From: Myxococcota bacterium
Lineage (GTDB): Bacteria > Myxococcota_A > UBA796 > SXON01
Assembly: GCA_040386535.1 (NCBI GenBank)
Contig: JAZKFH010000055.1
Span: 64,001-128,000, forward strand
DNA length: 64,000 nt
Direction of reading: 5' to 3'
The first letter of the stretch is position 1; each line of letters starts with the position of its first letter. The position numbers and the translations under genes were made by a program. Shown piece after piece: positions 47,777 to 58,169 of this stretch. Below the pieces are notes generated by a model, which worked only from the letters and a program-made list of their open reading frames with translations, had not been told where the DNA came from and did no database searches.

Positions 47777-48709
47777 ATGTCCCTCGGCCCCATCGTCACC
47801 GTCACCCTCAACCCCGCCCTGGACGAGAGCTCGACGGTGCCCCGCATCCGTCCCGACGTGAAGCTGAGGTGTTCGGCGCCCACGCGCGAGCCCGGCGGCG
47901 GCGGCGTCAACGTGGCGCGGGTCGCGCATCGTTTCGGCGTGGACGAGCGGGCGCTCTGGGCCTGCGGCGGCCCCGAGGGGAACCGGATCGCCGCCCTGCT
48001 CGACGCCGAGGGGGTCACGCACGTGCCGGTCCCGGTCAGCGGTGACACCCGCCGCAACCTGCACGTCACGGAGACCGAGACCGACAAGGTGTTCCGCTTC
48101 AACCTCCCCGGGGGCGTGGTCACCGAGGCCGATCTCGACGCGCTCCTGGCGCGGCTCGCGTCGGAAGAGGGTGCCGCGTTCGTCGTCGCGAGCGGCAGCG
48201 TGCCGCCGGGCCTCGGCGCGGACGCGTGGACCCGCGTGGTGGCCGCCGCGCCCAGAGGTGCGCGCGTGATCCTCGACACCAGCGGGGACGCGCTCCGCCA
48301 CGCGCTCGGACACGGCCTGTTCCTCATCAAGCCAAATCGGAACGAGCTCGCGAAGCTGGTGGGGCGGCCCTTGCCCGACCGCGAGGCGGTCGCCGAGGCG
48401 GCGCGCACCCTGGTGGCAGACGGTGCGGCCGAGGGGGTGGTCGTCTCGCTCGGCGCCGAGGGGCTGCTCCTCGTCACCGCCACGGAGGAGGTGTTCGTCG
48501 CGGCGCCGCGCGTGCACGCGGTGAGCGCCGTGGGGGCCGGCGACAGCACGGTGGCGGGCATCGTGGTCGCGTTGGTGCGCGGCCTCTCGCTGGCGGAGGC
48601 GGTCCGTTTCGGCGCGGCGGCCGGCGCGGCGGCGGTGCTCACCCCGGGCACGGCGCTCTGCAGCCCGGAGGATGTCGAGCGGATCTACGCGGGGCTGGCG
48701 CAGGGTTGA
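47777..48709 (+). CDS. pfkB: 1-phosphofructokinase/PfkB-family hexose kinase
   Basis: TLNPALD, PGGGGVNVAR, KPNRNEL, SLGAEG, VGAGDS. Confidence 0.92.
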   Translation: MSLGPIVTVTLNPALDESSTVPRIRPDVKLRCSAPTREPGGGGVNVARVAHRFGVDERALWACGGPEGNRIAALLDAEGVTHVPVPVSGDTRRNLHVTETETDKVFRFNLPGGVVTEADLDALLARLASEEGAAFVVASGSVPPGLGADAWTRVVAAAPRGARVILDTSGDALRHALGHGLFLIKPNRNELAKLVGRPLPDREAVAEAARTLVADGAAEGVVVSLGAEGLLLVTATEEVFVAAPRVHAVSAVGAGDSTVAGIVVALVRGLSLAEAVRFGAAAGAAAVLTPGTALCSPEDVERIYAGLAQG

Positions 48710-48760
48710 GGGGCGGCGAGCGCCGGCGTGGCTTCACCCACAGCCCTTGTTTCCGCCGCC

Positions 48761-49186
48761 CTACCGTGCCGGGATCTTGAGCGCCACAAGCGCCGCGGCA
48801 GGGGTAAGCGCGGGGAGTGGGGCCCGATGGAACCCCTTTGGATCCCGGGTCGCGATCACCTGACACCCCGCCGCAGCTCCAGCCGTAGCACAAACGGCAT
48901 CCTCGAAATCGGCCCAACCGAGCGCGAGGGCTTCGCGCACCACATCTCGGCCCACTGGAGCCACGCCGAACACCCCCAGAACATCCGCGACGCAGCGCTC
49001 TGCGAACGGGCGGCCCCGCGCCTTGGACGCGAGGTAGTAGAGCGTCGGAACGCTGTGGGCAGCGAGAAGCCCCTCGGCCTCCCCAGATTCGATGTGCGCC
49101 CACAGAGCGGCCGATGCTTCAGCATGCGGCTCGCGGTCCATCAGCACATCCAGTACGACGTTCAGGTCGATGAGGGCTCGGCGCAT
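48761..49186 (-). CDS. PIN-domain (VapC-like) toxin
   Basis: LIDLNVVLDVL, DFEDAV, IATRDPKGF. Confidence 0.88.
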   Translation of the reverse strand: MRRALIDLNVVLDVLMDREPHAEASAALWAHIESGEAEGLLAAHSVPTLYYLASKARGRPFAERCVADVLGVFGVAPVGRDVVREALALGWADFEDAVCATAGAAAGCQVIATRDPKGFHRAPLPALTPAAALVALKIPAR

Positions 49187-49416
49187 TCGTACTTCTCCGC
49201 CAGGTGGTCACGATGGTCCTGGACCTCGACTCCACGGAGCGAGCCACGCAATCGGCTCAACACCGGAGTAGAGACCGACGCCGCGTTGCGCGACGAGACG
49301 GCGGCCAGGAAGTCCTCTACGAGCTGGGAGACGGACGTACCCGTTTCCGAGGCGTACTCTTTCGCGGCCTCGATGACCTTGGGGTCGACACTCAGCGTGA
49401 GCTTGGCGGCGCGCAT
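49162..49416 (-). CDS. Ribbon-helix-helix antitoxin (DUF6364-like)
   Basis: KLTLSVD..VIE.AK.YA...GTSVSQLVE.FL; ends HLAEKY; overlaps the PIN gene. Confidence 0.85.
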   Translation of the reverse strand: MRAAKLTLSVDPKVIEAAKEYASETGTSVSQLVEDFLAAVSSRNAASVSTPVLSRLRGSLRGVEVQDHRDHLAEKYECAEPSST

Positions 49417-49479
49417 ACGTGCTCCATGGAGAATTAGTATACGTACAACGGCCTGGCGTCAATGCCCCTCCCGCCCCCC

Positions 49480-50520
49480 TCACCCCCCACCCGAAAACCG
49501 CCCCCGCAACGCCACCCCAATCGCCCGCGCCACCTTGGGTTGCGCGGGGAAGTCGAGGTGGGCGTCGTCGGTGTAGTCGGCGGCCGTGAGGGGGGGCTCG
49601 GGCGCGATGTCCAGGACCTCGCCGCCGTGGGCCTTCACGTAGGCGATGCCCTCGCTGTCGGGCTGCACGCCGGCGCCCGGTCGCGAGGGGAGGGACACGA
49701 ACAACGCCGGGATGCCGCGCCGCCTGGCCTCGTCGAGGAAGGCCTGGGTCCAATGATAGGGGTCATCGCCGACGGAGAACCAACTCGGGCCGCGCTGGTT
49801 TCCAAGGGCGACGGCGCCTCCCTGGGCAGCGGCGCTTCCGGAAGCAACGGCGCTTCCGGGAGCAACGGCGCCGACGGGTGGAGCGTCGCCCCCCGGCGGA
49901 GGCCGATACGCCCCGCGCGGCGCTTCCGTCGGGCTCCCTCCGCGCATCCCCGGCATCCGCACGCCGAGCGCGGTCCAGAAGCGCCCCCCGAGCCAGGCGC
50001 GTTGTCGATACGCGGCCCAGCCCTTGCGCAGGACGGCCTCGCCGGCGCAGCCGACCTCCAAACAGTTGGTGCGCACCACGCCGGGCAGATCCTGCCACGA
50101 CACGAGGCCCATGGTCTGGCTCTCCCACGGGTTGGTGAACGCGCGGAGCTCGTGGTTGGTGAACAGCACGACCACAGCGAGCAGATCGGGGCTGTCGGCC
50201 ACGTAGCCGGAGAGCAGCAGCGTCCAATCGAGCGGGGCGGTCTCCTTGAAGGAGAGGTTCCACACGCGCGCGCCGTTGCCCCAGACGGGCTCGATCTCGG
50301 CAGGGAGGAACACGTCGCCGTGACACGAGCCGAACGTTACGATGTGGGGGCCGTCCACGCCGCGTTTGTAGGGTGACACCCGCTCGTACACCACGTCGGG
50401 CGCGCGCTCGACCGCGTAGGCGACCCACGCGTTCATCGCCGTCACGGCGATCGTGATCGCCACCACGACCCAGGCCGTGCCGAGCGGCCTAGAACTGGAA
50501 GTAGATGAACTGGGATTCAA
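49480..50520 (-). CDS. Membrane-anchored SGNH/DltD-like acyltransferase partner
   Basis: N-terminal TM, FGSC block I-like motif, C-terminal DDAH; overlaps the MBOAT gene. Confidence 0.6.
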   Translation of the reverse strand: MNPSSSTSSSRPLGTAWVVVAITIAVTAMNAWVAYAVERAPDVVYERVSPYKRGVDGPHIVTFGSCHGDVFLPAEIEPVWGNGARVWNLSFKETAPLDWTLLLSGYVADSPDLLAVVVLFTNHELRAFTNPWESQTMGLVSWQDLPGVVRTNCLEVGCAGEAVLRKGWAAYRQRAWLGGRFWTALGVRMPGMRGGSPTEAPRGAYRPPPGGDAPPVGAVAPGSAVASGSAAAQGGAVALGNQRGPSWFSVGDDPYHWTQAFLDEARRRGIPALFVSLPSRPGAGVQPDSEGIAYVKAHGGEVLDIAPEPPLTAADYTDDAHLDFPAQPKVARAIGVALRGRFSGGG

Positions 50521-51880
50521 AGGAGGCCCCGAGGAAGACGACCGCCAGGAAGACCGCGGCGCTGAGCACCGCCTGCGCGGGCCGCGGAAGGCGGAACATC
50601 CAGCCCTCCTCGCCCCGAAGATACTGCACCGCGTCCACGAGCAGCAACGGCGCGACGATCACGATCAGCTGCCCGAGGAGGACTGCCTCGGCGCCCCCGG
50701 GCGCGGTCGGGCGCAGGAAGGCGCCGAGCATCGTCCACGCCTGGGTCATCGAGTTGGCGCGGAACACGAGGAACCCGAGCGCGGTGAAGTGGAACATGGC
50801 CACGATCGCGACGGCGCGCACGATGCGGGACGGCGGCAGCGGCGGCAGGATCCGTTGGAGCGCGAGCGCGGCGCCGTGGTACAGGCCCCACACGAGGTAG
50901 GTCCAGTTGGCGCCGTGCCACAAGCCGCCGAGCGCCATGGTGGTCACGAGCGCCGCGGTGGTGCGGGCGCGGCCGCCGCGGTTGCCGCCGAGCGGGATGT
51001 ACAGGTAGTCGCGCAGCCATTGGCTCAGCGTGATGTGCCAGCGGCGCCACAGATCCCGCGGGCTCGACGCGAAAAAGGGCGTCCGGAAGTTCACCGACAG
51101 CTCGATGCCCATCCACTTGCCGAGGCCCCGGGCGATGTCGCTGTACCCGGAGAAGTCGCCGTAGATCTGCCAACAGAACGCGTACGCGCCGAGCAGCACG
51201 AGCCCCGCGGTCGGGGCCGGATCGTCGAACACCCGCGCCACCAGCGCGGCGGCGTTGTCGGCGACGAACAACTTCTTGAAGAAGCCCCACAGGATCAGCC
51301 AGGTGCCCTCGGCCATGCGGTCACGGTCGACACGGCGAGGCGCCTGGAGCTGGGGGATGAGGTCGCGCGCGCGCTCGATGGGGCCCGCCACGAGCTGCGG
51401 AAAGAACGACACGAACAGCGCGAAGTCCGCGAGCCGCCGCACGGCGGGCACGTGGCGCCGGTACACGTCGATGGTGTAGGCCATCGACTGGAATGTGTAG
51501 AACGAGAGGCCCACGGGGAGCACCAGCTCGGGGAACGGCACCACCAGCGGCAGCCCGAGCCCCTGGAGCGCCACCTCCAGCTCGTGGGCAAAGAAGCCGA
51601 AATATTTGAACGTGGCGAGCACGCCCAGGTTCACCACGACGCTCGTGATCAGCCACCGCCGTCGTAATTCTGGATTGCTGGTCCCTTCGATACGAAGCCC
51701 GATCGCCCAATCCACGGCCGTCGTGAACAGCAGCAACCCGAGGAAGCGCACGTCCCACCAGCCGTAGAAGAACCACGACGCCAACAACAACACGTGGTTC
51801 TGCCCGCGGTGGGGCAGCGCGCGGTACAGCGGGTACACGACCGCGAAGAAGGCGACGAACGCGAGCGAATTGAACAACAA
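50489..51880 (-). CDS. algI: MBOAT O-acyltransferase (AlgI-like)
   Basis: LFNSL, LPVGLSFYTFQ, FFPQLVAGPIER, DFSGYSD, WRRWHITLSQWLRDYLYIPLGG, GLWHGA, QFIYFQF; TTG start inferred. Confidence 0.92.
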   Translation of the reverse strand: MLFNSLAFVAFFAVVYPLYRALPHRGQNHVLLLASWFFYGWWDVRFLGLLLFTTAVDWAIGLRIEGTSNPELRRRWLITSVVVNLGVLATFKYFGFFAHELEVALQGLGLPLVVPFPELVLPVGLSFYTFQSMAYTIDVYRRHVPAVRRLADFALFVSFFPQLVAGPIERARDLIPQLQAPRRVDRDRMAEGTWLILWGFFKKLFVADNAAALVARVFDDPAPTAGLVLLGAYAFCWQIYGDFSGYSDIARGLGKWMGIELSVNFRTPFFASSPRDLWRRWHITLSQWLRDYLYIPLGGNRGGRARTTAALVTTMALGGLWHGANWTYLVWGLYHGAALALQRILPPLPPSRIVRAVAIVAMFHFTALGFLVFRANSMTQAWTMLGAFLRPTAPGGAEAVLLGQLIVIVAPLLLVDAVQYLRGEEGWMFRLPRPAQAVLSAAVFLAVVFLGASFESQFIYFQF

Positions 51881-51998
51881 GCGCGGGTTCCGCGGGCCGG
51901 GGCGCGTATCTTCGCTCCGCGCGCGTGCGGGCGCAAGGCGGGGAGTGTCGCGGGCGCCGGCTCCTGGGCCGCTCGATCCGAATCTGCGTCGGTCGGTA

Positions 51999-53168
51999 TC
52001 AGCGCCCGCCGGTCCGCGACCGGGGGCCCCCGCGCCCGCCACGCACGGGCGCCGGGGCCACGCTCCCGTCGGCCAGCAGGGCCAGCAGCGGCGCGTCCCG
52101 CGGGGTCACGAGGTTGACCACCAGCCCCTCCTTGCCCGCGCGCGCGGTGCGCCCCACGCGGTGCAGGTAGGTGTCGAGCTCCCGGGGGAGGTGGACGTTG
52201 ATCACCCGGGCCACGTGCTCGATGTCGAGCCCGCGCGCGCCGAGGTCGGTGGAGAGGAGCAGCTCGATCTTGCCCTCGCGGAACGCCTTGAGGTTGGCCC
52301 GCCGCTCGACCGGGTCCGTCTCGCCGCGGTGCACGACACAGGGCCACCCGTTGTCGCGGAGCTGCGTCGCGAGGCTCTCGCACTGGTCGCGCGTGTTGGC
52401 GAACAACATGGTGCCGCCGGTCGTGGGCTCGTCGAGGATCTCGCGGAGCGCGTCGAAGCGCTTTCCGTCCGGCACGTCGACGTGGCGGGTGCGGAGCGTC
52501 GGCACCACCTTCTGGCGGCCCGTCGTCTCGATCCGCGTCGCGTCCGAGAACATGCGGTCCACCAGCTCCTCGACGCCGGGCGACATCGTGGCCGAGAACA
52601 GCGCGAGCTGGCGTTGCGACGGACACCCGCGCACCACCTCGAGCACCTGGGGCAGAAAGCCGAGGTCGAGCAGCTGGTCGGCCTCGTCGAGCACGACGAT
52701 GCGGACGGCCGCGAGGCTCAGCTGCTCGGACGACACGAGCTTCTCGAGCCGCCCCGGCGTCGCCACCAGCACCTCGAACGGACCCGCGACCGTCTCCCGG
52801 TTCATACGCAGCTTCTGCCCGCCGAGGACCATGCGGACGCGCAGCCGCGTCTCGTGCGTCAGGCTCTTGAACACCAGCCCGACCTGCTCGCCCAGCTCGC
52901 GGGTCGGCACGATCACCACGGCGCGCGGCTCGCTCGGGTCCTCCACCTTGTTGCCGTCGTCCTCCATCCGCTTGAGCCGGTCGAGGATCGGGAGCACGTA
53001 GGTGAGCGTCTTCCCGCTGCCGGTCTCGGCGATGGCGACCACGGACTGCCGCGCGAGCATCGCCGGCAACGCGCGCGCCTGGATGTCGGTCAGGGTGACG
53101 AGCGAGCGCGCGGCCAGCGTGGCCTGCAGCGACGGAACGAGCTCGAGCTCGGCAAACGTGGAAGGCAT
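51999..53168 (-). CDS. DEAD-box RNA helicase
   Basis: Q motif, ETGSGKT, PTREL, TPGR, DEAD, SAT, ARGLD, HRVGRTAR. Confidence 0.95.
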   Translation of the reverse strand: MPSTFAELELVPSLQATLAARSLVTLTDIQARALPAMLARQSVVAIAETGSGKTLTYVLPILDRLKRMEDDGNKVEDPSEPRAVVIVPTRELGEQVGLVFKSLTHETRLRVRMVLGGQKLRMNRETVAGPFEVLVATPGRLEKLVSSEQLSLAAVRIVVLDEADQLLDLGFLPQVLEVVRGCPSQRQLALFSATMSPGVEELVDRMFSDATRIETTGRQKVVPTLRTRHVDVPDGKRFDALREILDEPTTGGTMLFANTRDQCESLATQLRDNGWPCVVHRGETDPVERRANLKAFREGKIELLLSTDLGARGLDIEHVARVINVHLPRELDTYLHRVGRTARAGKEGLVVNLVTPRDAPLLALLADGSVAPAPVRGGRGGPRSRTGGR

Positions 53169-53251
53169 GGGCACTCCGGGTGCGGGAACAGCGGCTATCG
53201 CGCCGACGCTCCCGCCGCGTGTCTCACGCCCCGCCCGCCTGTCCCCGTCCC

Positions 53252-56200
53252 TCACTCCCCGCCCGAGCCGCTCCACACGTAGACCGCGCCGGCATCGCGC
53301 ACGTGCGCGTCGTCGAGCCAGGCCCCGAGGACGAGGTCGGGGAGGCCGTCCCCCGTCACGTCCCCCGGCTCGTCGGGGAGCCGCCGTCCGAAGTAGCCGT
53401 CGCCGCCCGTGTCGCCGAAGAACGTGGCGTCCGCCGCCGACGCCGGGATCGCGCCCGAGACCGGCCCGTAGAACAGGTAGGCCGCGCCCGCGCCGCTGGC
53501 GGCCGTGTCCTGGCTCCCCGCGCCCACCAGCAGATCGTCCGCACCGTCCCCGTCCTGGTCGCCGATGGAGACCGCGTCCTCGCCGAACGCGTCCGTGGCG
53601 GTCATGCCGTAGAGCGTGGCGGTCGCGGTGGTGGAGAGGGACGTGCCCCCCGCGTACACCCAGAGCGCGCCCACGGAGAACGCGGTGCTGTCGTACCCGT
53701 AGCCGTGCACGCCCACGTCGGCGTAGCCGTCCCCGTCGAGGTCGTTCAGGTCGTAGACGCCGTAGCCGGCGTAGTCCGACGTGGCGGAGCCGACGTAGGT
53801 CGTGTCGGCGGTGCTGGCCGACAGCGTGCCGGAGAGGTGGGTGGCGTCGCCGAGGAACAGGTACCCGGACCCGGTGCTCGAGCTCGTTCCGTAGGCTCCA
53901 ATGAGGAGCTCGTCGAGGCCGTCCCCGTTCATGTCGTCGACCAGGGAGACGGCGTAGCCGAGGTGGGCGCTCGTGGACATCCCGCGGATGATCGCCTCGG
54001 AGGCGCTCGCGGCGCTCGTGCCGGTGCGCCGCGTGGGGGAGCCGTAGAGCAGGTACGCGGCGCCGGTGGAGGCGGCCGAGCCGGACTGGAGGTAGGCGCC
54101 TACGACGATCTCCTCGGTGCCGTCGCCATCCATGTCGCCGCCCGAAGACACGTTGTGGCCGAGGTAGTCCGAGGCGGTGCCGCCGGTGAGCGTGGCGATC
54201 CCCGGCACCACGGCGAGTTGCCTCGAGCCCGTGTATCGGCTCCCGCCGTACACGACGTAGGCCGCGCCGGCGTACGAGGACATGCCCTCGGCGCCCACGA
54301 CCAGGTCGTCGGCGCCGTCGCCGTCGTGATCACCGGCCGCCACGTGCTGGCCGACGTAGGAGAAGGCCGACGAGCCCGTCAGGAGCGCGCTCGCGGTCTC
54401 CGACACCGTGCCCGAGGTCGTGAGCGGGCCGTACCACAACACGGCGGCCCCCGTCGTGGGTGTGGGGGTGTCGTAGTAGGGCATCCCGCCGAGGACATCC
54501 CCGTCGCCGTCGCCGTCGAAGTCCCCGAGGGCGACCCCGCGCCCGAGCTGATCGTAGGCGTTGGTGCCGGTGAGCCGGAAGTCCGCCGTCGCCGCGGCCT
54601 GGTCGCCGCCGTACCCGCAGTCGCCGGGCTCGTCGTCACAGTCGTTGTCGGCGCCGTCGCCGCACACCTCCGTGGCGCCCGGGTACACGAGTGCCGAGGT
54701 GTCGTCGCAGTCGTCGCCGCTCGCGACGTGACCGGCGGGGAGGGTGCACGCCACGGTCGTCGCGCCGGCGTCGCCGTAGCCGTCCCCGTCCGTGTCGGCG
54801 TACCAGGTGCCCTCCACACCCTCGTCGGTCGCGCCGTCGCAATCGTCGTCCACGCGGTTGCACGCCTCGGTCGCCGCCGGGGAGACCGCCGCCGTCGTGT
54901 CGTCGCAGTCGATCGCCGCGCTCGCGAGCGCCTCGCCCGCGTCGGTGCAGTCGGCGTCCGCGGAGGGGAGGGTGAGCCCGGTGCTCGGCCGGTAGCCATC
55001 CGCGTCGTCGTCCGCGTAGCAGATCTCGCCGCCGTCGCAGTCCTCGTCGTCGCCGTTGCCGACGCTCTCCACCGCGCCGACGTGGTCCGACGCGTCGCCG
55101 TCGTCGCAGTCCGTCGCGTCGGAGAGCCACACGCCGCCCCCGTCGCAGCCCGACGCCGCGACCGCGGGATCCCCGAAGCCGTCGCCATCGCCGTCGTAGT
55201 AGAACGAGCCCACCTCGGTGGCGCTCGTGTCGTCATCGTCCGCGCGGCCGTCACAGTCCTCGTCGATGTCCGCGTCGTCGCACGCCTCGACGGCGCCGGG
55301 GCTGATGGCCTCGTCGCGGTCGTCGCAGTCCGTCGCGTCCGCCACGTAGTTGGGAGGCGACTCGCACGCGCGCGTGTCGAACGCTCCGGCCGCGCCGTAC
55401 CCATCGCCGTCGTAGTCGATGTGCCAGGTGGAGGCGCTCGCCTCGTCCAGGCTGCCATCCGCGTCGTTCACGTCGCCGTCGCAGTCCTCGTCGGTGTCCG
55501 CGTCGTCGCACACCTCGGCGGCGCCGGGATGGATCGCGGCGTTGCCGTCGTCGCAGTCGGTCGCGTCGGCGACGAACCCCTCGAGCGCGCCGCAGGCCAG
55601 GACGGCCACGGTGCCGTCCCCGTACGTGTCCGCGTCCGCATCCGCGTACCAGGGCACCTCGCCGCTCGCGCCGGCCTCGTCGGTCTCGCCGTCACAGTCC
55701 TCGTCCGCCCCGCCACACACCTCGGCGCCGCCGGGAAACGCCAGGGGATCGGTGTCGTCGCAGTCGTCGCACGCGGCCGTGCCATCCCCGTCCAGGTCGT
55801 CGCCGCCGACCGAGCCGTCGCAGTTGTGGTCCACCCGCTCCGCGCAGCTCTCCGCGGCGCCGGGAAACGAGGCGGCGTCGGCGTCGTCGCAGTCTCCACC
55901 CACGGCGGACGTGCCCGCGGGCTGGTCGCAGCTCGCGACGGCGGTGGCGTCATCGCCGTAGGTGTCGCTGTCCGCGTCCGCGTACCAGAGCGGGGCGTCC
56001 GGGGCGTCCTCGTCCACGGTGCCGTCGCAGTCGTCGTCGACGCCGTCACAGGCCTCCGTCGCGCCGGGGTAGGCGGTCGCGTCCGCGTCGTCGCAGTCCT
56101 CGCACGCGACGATGCCGTCCCCGTCGGCGTCGGCGTAGCCCACCGAGCCGTCACAATTGAAGTCCACGGTGTCCCCGCAGGCCTCGTCGGCGCCCGGGTA

Positions 56201-56617
56201 GGTCGCCGCGTCCCCGTCGTCACAGTCGCCCGCGACCGCCACGAACGACGTCGAGGGCGCCTCGCACGCCGCCACCGCCACCTGCTCCACGCCGTACCCG
56301 TCGCCGTCGCCGTCGCCGTACCAGGTCCCGGCGTCGGTCGCGCCCTCGTCCACGGCCCCGTCACAGTCGTCGTCGCGGCCGTTGCAGCGCTCGTCGGCGT
56401 CGGGGTTCACCGCCGGGTCGGTGTCGTCGCAGTCGCCGGACGCCAGGAACCCGTCCGCATCGGCGTCGAGCTCCGTGTCTGTCTCGGTGTCGGTGTCCGT
56501 CTCCGAGTCGAGGTCCGTCTCGGTGCCGCCGGATCCCGTGTCCTTCCCGTCCATCGCGTCGGTGCAGCCGACGAGCGCGAGGGTGAGGAGCAGCCGGGCG
56601 AGGGCGCGGTCGAGCAT
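53252..56617 (-). CDS. Lipoprotein with about 10 DCDD (putative metal-binding/MopE-related) repeats and FG-GAP beta-propeller
   Basis: Lipobox LVGC; DCDD...PGA.E.C...DxDCDG repeats; GDxDGDGxxDLxxGA repeats in the C-terminal half. Confidence 0.9.
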   Translation of the reverse strand: MLDRALARLLLTLALVGCTDAMDGKDTGSGGTETDLDSETDTDTETDTELDADADGFLASGDCDDTDPAVNPDADERCNGRDDDCDGAVDEGATDAGTWYGDGDGDGYGVEQVAVAACEAPSTSFVAVAGDCDDGDAATYPGADEACGDTVDFNCDGSVGYADADGDGIVACEDCDDADATAYPGATEACDGVDDDCDGTVDEDAPDAPLWYADADSDTYGDDATAVASCDQPAGTSAVGGDCDDADAASFPGAAESCAERVDHNCDGSVGGDDLDGDGTAACDDCDDTDPLAFPGGAEVCGGADEDCDGETDEAGASGEVPWYADADADTYGDGTVAVLACGALEGFVADATDCDDGNAAIHPGAAEVCDDADTDEDCDGDVNDADGSLDEASASTWHIDYDGDGYGAAGAFDTRACESPPNYVADATDCDDRDEAISPGAVEACDDADIDEDCDGRADDDDTSATEVGSFYYDGDGDGFGDPAVAASGCDGGGVWLSDATDCDDGDASDHVGAVESVGNGDDEDCDGGEICYADDDADGYRPSTGLTLPSADADCTDAGEALASAAIDCDDTTAAVSPAATEACNRVDDDCDGATDEGVEGTWYADTDGDGYGDAGATTVACTLPAGHVASGDDCDDTSALVYPGATEVCGDGADNDCDDEPGDCGYGGDQAAATADFRLTGTNAYDQLGRGVALGDFDGDGDGDVLGGMPYYDTPTPTTGAAVLWYGPLTTSGTVSETASALLTGSSAFSYVGQHVAAGDHDGDGADDLVVGAEGMSSYAGAAYVVYGGSRYTGSRQLAVVPGIATLTGGTASDYLGHNVSSGGDMDGDGTEEIVVGAYLQSGSAASTGAAYLLYGSPTRRTGTSAASASEAIIRGMSTSAHLGYAVSLVDDMNGDGLDELLIGAYGTSSSTGSGYLFLGDATHLSGTLSASTADTTYVGSATSDYAGYGVYDLNDLDGDGYADVGVHGYGYDSTAFSVGALWVYAGGTSLSTTATATLYGMTATDAFGEDAVSIGDQDGDGADDLLVGAGSQDTAASGAGAAYLFYGPVSGAIPASAADATFFGDTGGDGYFGRRLPDEPGDVTGDGLPDLVLGAWLDDAHVRDAGAVYVWSGSGGE

Positions 56618-56736
56618 CGGGCGATCATCCTGTGAAGCCCGGAAGGGACCACGCGGGGCGCCTTCGTGTCAAGGAGATGTCAGGCCACGGTGGCGGCGCG
56701 AAAGGACGGCGAAATGGTCGGGCCCGAGCCGCACCG

Positions 56737-57963
56737 CTACTCGAGGTGCTCCCGCACGTACGCGGCCCGCTCGTCCACGAACGCCTCGATCTCCTCCTGA
56801 TCGCAGCGCTTCTCCCGGCGGGGATCCGCCTCGCACGCATCCGTCACCAGCTCGGTGCTCGCGGCCAACATCTCCAGAAAGCCCCCGTCCTCCCAGATGT
56901 GCAGCACCACCTCGATCTGCTCGCGGAGCTGGCCGGCGCACCTGTCGTCGCCCCAGCAGCGGCGCACGAGCTCGCCCACGATGGGCGTGGCGTGCCCACC
57001 GTAGGGCGAGACCTCCTGCGTGAACGACCGGTCGGTTCCCCAGGGGAGGAGCACCCAGCGGTCGGAGAGGGCCTGGTGGTACACGTGGTAGTTGTGGTGG
57101 TTGAACACGTACCCGTCGTCGTTCCCCGTCACGATGTCCAGCGCGAGGTAGCGGAGCACCGGCTCCAGATCGAAGCGCTCGGCGAACACGTCGGCGAACG
57201 CGTCGCTGTCGGCGCCTTCGAGGGCACGGACCAGGTCGTCCATGTCGTCGGGCGTGGGGACGATGCCGCCGTCCACCTGCAGGTCGAACCAGTTGCGCGC
57301 CTCGGTGAAGTCGGCGCCGCTGGCCTCGTAGAGGTTTCCGTCCTTGTCGTCGGGGAACAGGCGCTTCATCAGCCGGCCGTCCATCGTCTCGACCAGCCCG
57401 TAGAGGCCGAACGGCTCGCCATTGACCGTCACCCGGGCGTAGCCGTGGCGGGGCGCGGGGATCGCGAGCGCGCCGGCGAGCCAGTAGTAGGCGTGCTCGC
57501 GGAGCATCGTCGCGTCCTGGATCATGTTGTTCAGGGTCAGGCGCTTGAGCCCGTCGATGCGCCGCTCCCGGTCGTACTGGTGCACGTCGATCTTGAACGA
57601 GGCCTTCTGCCGGATCGAGCGGAACGAGCTGCTCCCCTTGATCTTGATCCCCGCGTCGTACGCCACGCCGTGCCACGTGAGCACGCCTTGCACCTGCTCG
57701 TCCGGGTGGTCGCGGAGGGCGCGGTAGGCCTCGTCGGAGAGGGAGAGGGCCAAGTCGTGGATCGTCCCCTCGGCGAAGAGCCGATCACCCGGCTCGCCCG
57801 GCGCCTCGACGCCCGACCAGGGCTGCGAAGGAAGCTCCGGGACCCGCGGAAGGGCAACCTCCCGGTCGACTTGACCCGGGACATCGACGAGCGGGGGATC
57901 CGCCGCCGTCAGCCATCCCTCGATCGCGACGCAGCCGAGCGCGCAGGTGAGGATGAAGCCCAC
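56737..57963 (-). CDS. CotH kinase family protein
   Basis: IKIKGSSS, KASFKID, LTLNN, LREH, GLYGLVE, NDDGY..NHHNY, LPWGTD; GTG start after GAGGAG. Confidence 0.88.
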   Translation of the reverse strand: MGFILTCALGCVAIEGWLTAADPPLVDVPGQVDREVALPRVPELPSQPWSGVEAPGEPGDRLFAEGTIHDLALSLSDEAYRALRDHPDEQVQGVLTWHGVAYDAGIKIKGSSSFRSIRQKASFKIDVHQYDRERRIDGLKRLTLNNMIQDATMLREHAYYWLAGALAIPAPRHGYARVTVNGEPFGLYGLVETMDGRLMKRLFPDDKDGNLYEASGADFTEARNWFDLQVDGGIVPTPDDMDDLVRALEGADSDAFADVFAERFDLEPVLRYLALDIVTGNDDGYVFNHHNYHVYHQALSDRWVLLPWGTDRSFTQEVSPYGGHATPIVGELVRRCWGDDRCAGQLREQIEVVLHIWEDGGFLEMLAASTELVTDACEADPRREKRCDQEEIEAFVDERAAYVREHLE

Positions 57964-58102
57964 GTTTGCTCCTCGAACACTGCCCAGTGTGAGCACCGCC
58001 GGTCGCGTCGGAGCGTCGGGCCCGCCCAGGTGACCGGACGTTGCACGCGGGGAGGGGCGATTTGTCTGGCATCCCCGCCCCGAACCGGGTACCCGGCGTG
58101 CA

Positions 58103-58148
58103 GGGTGCGGAGATGATCTCCGCAGGTGCCGGGCTGGTCGGGCCGCCA
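58103..58148 (+). ncRNA. nhaA-I motif / Li+-I riboswitch candidate
   Basis: GGGTG, then hairpin GCGGAGA/TCTCCGC, then CAGGT...TGGTCGGGCCGCC, directly 5' of nhaA; matches the nhaA-I consensus as recalled. Confidence 0.75.
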
Positions 58149-58169
58149 GCCGTGTGTGTCGAGGCTCCC

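Noticed and set aside
43690..51880. Alginate biosynthesis cluster (PL7 lyase plus AlgI-like MBOAT)
   Set aside because: The genes are separated by unrelated loci, and no polymerase or export genes are present.
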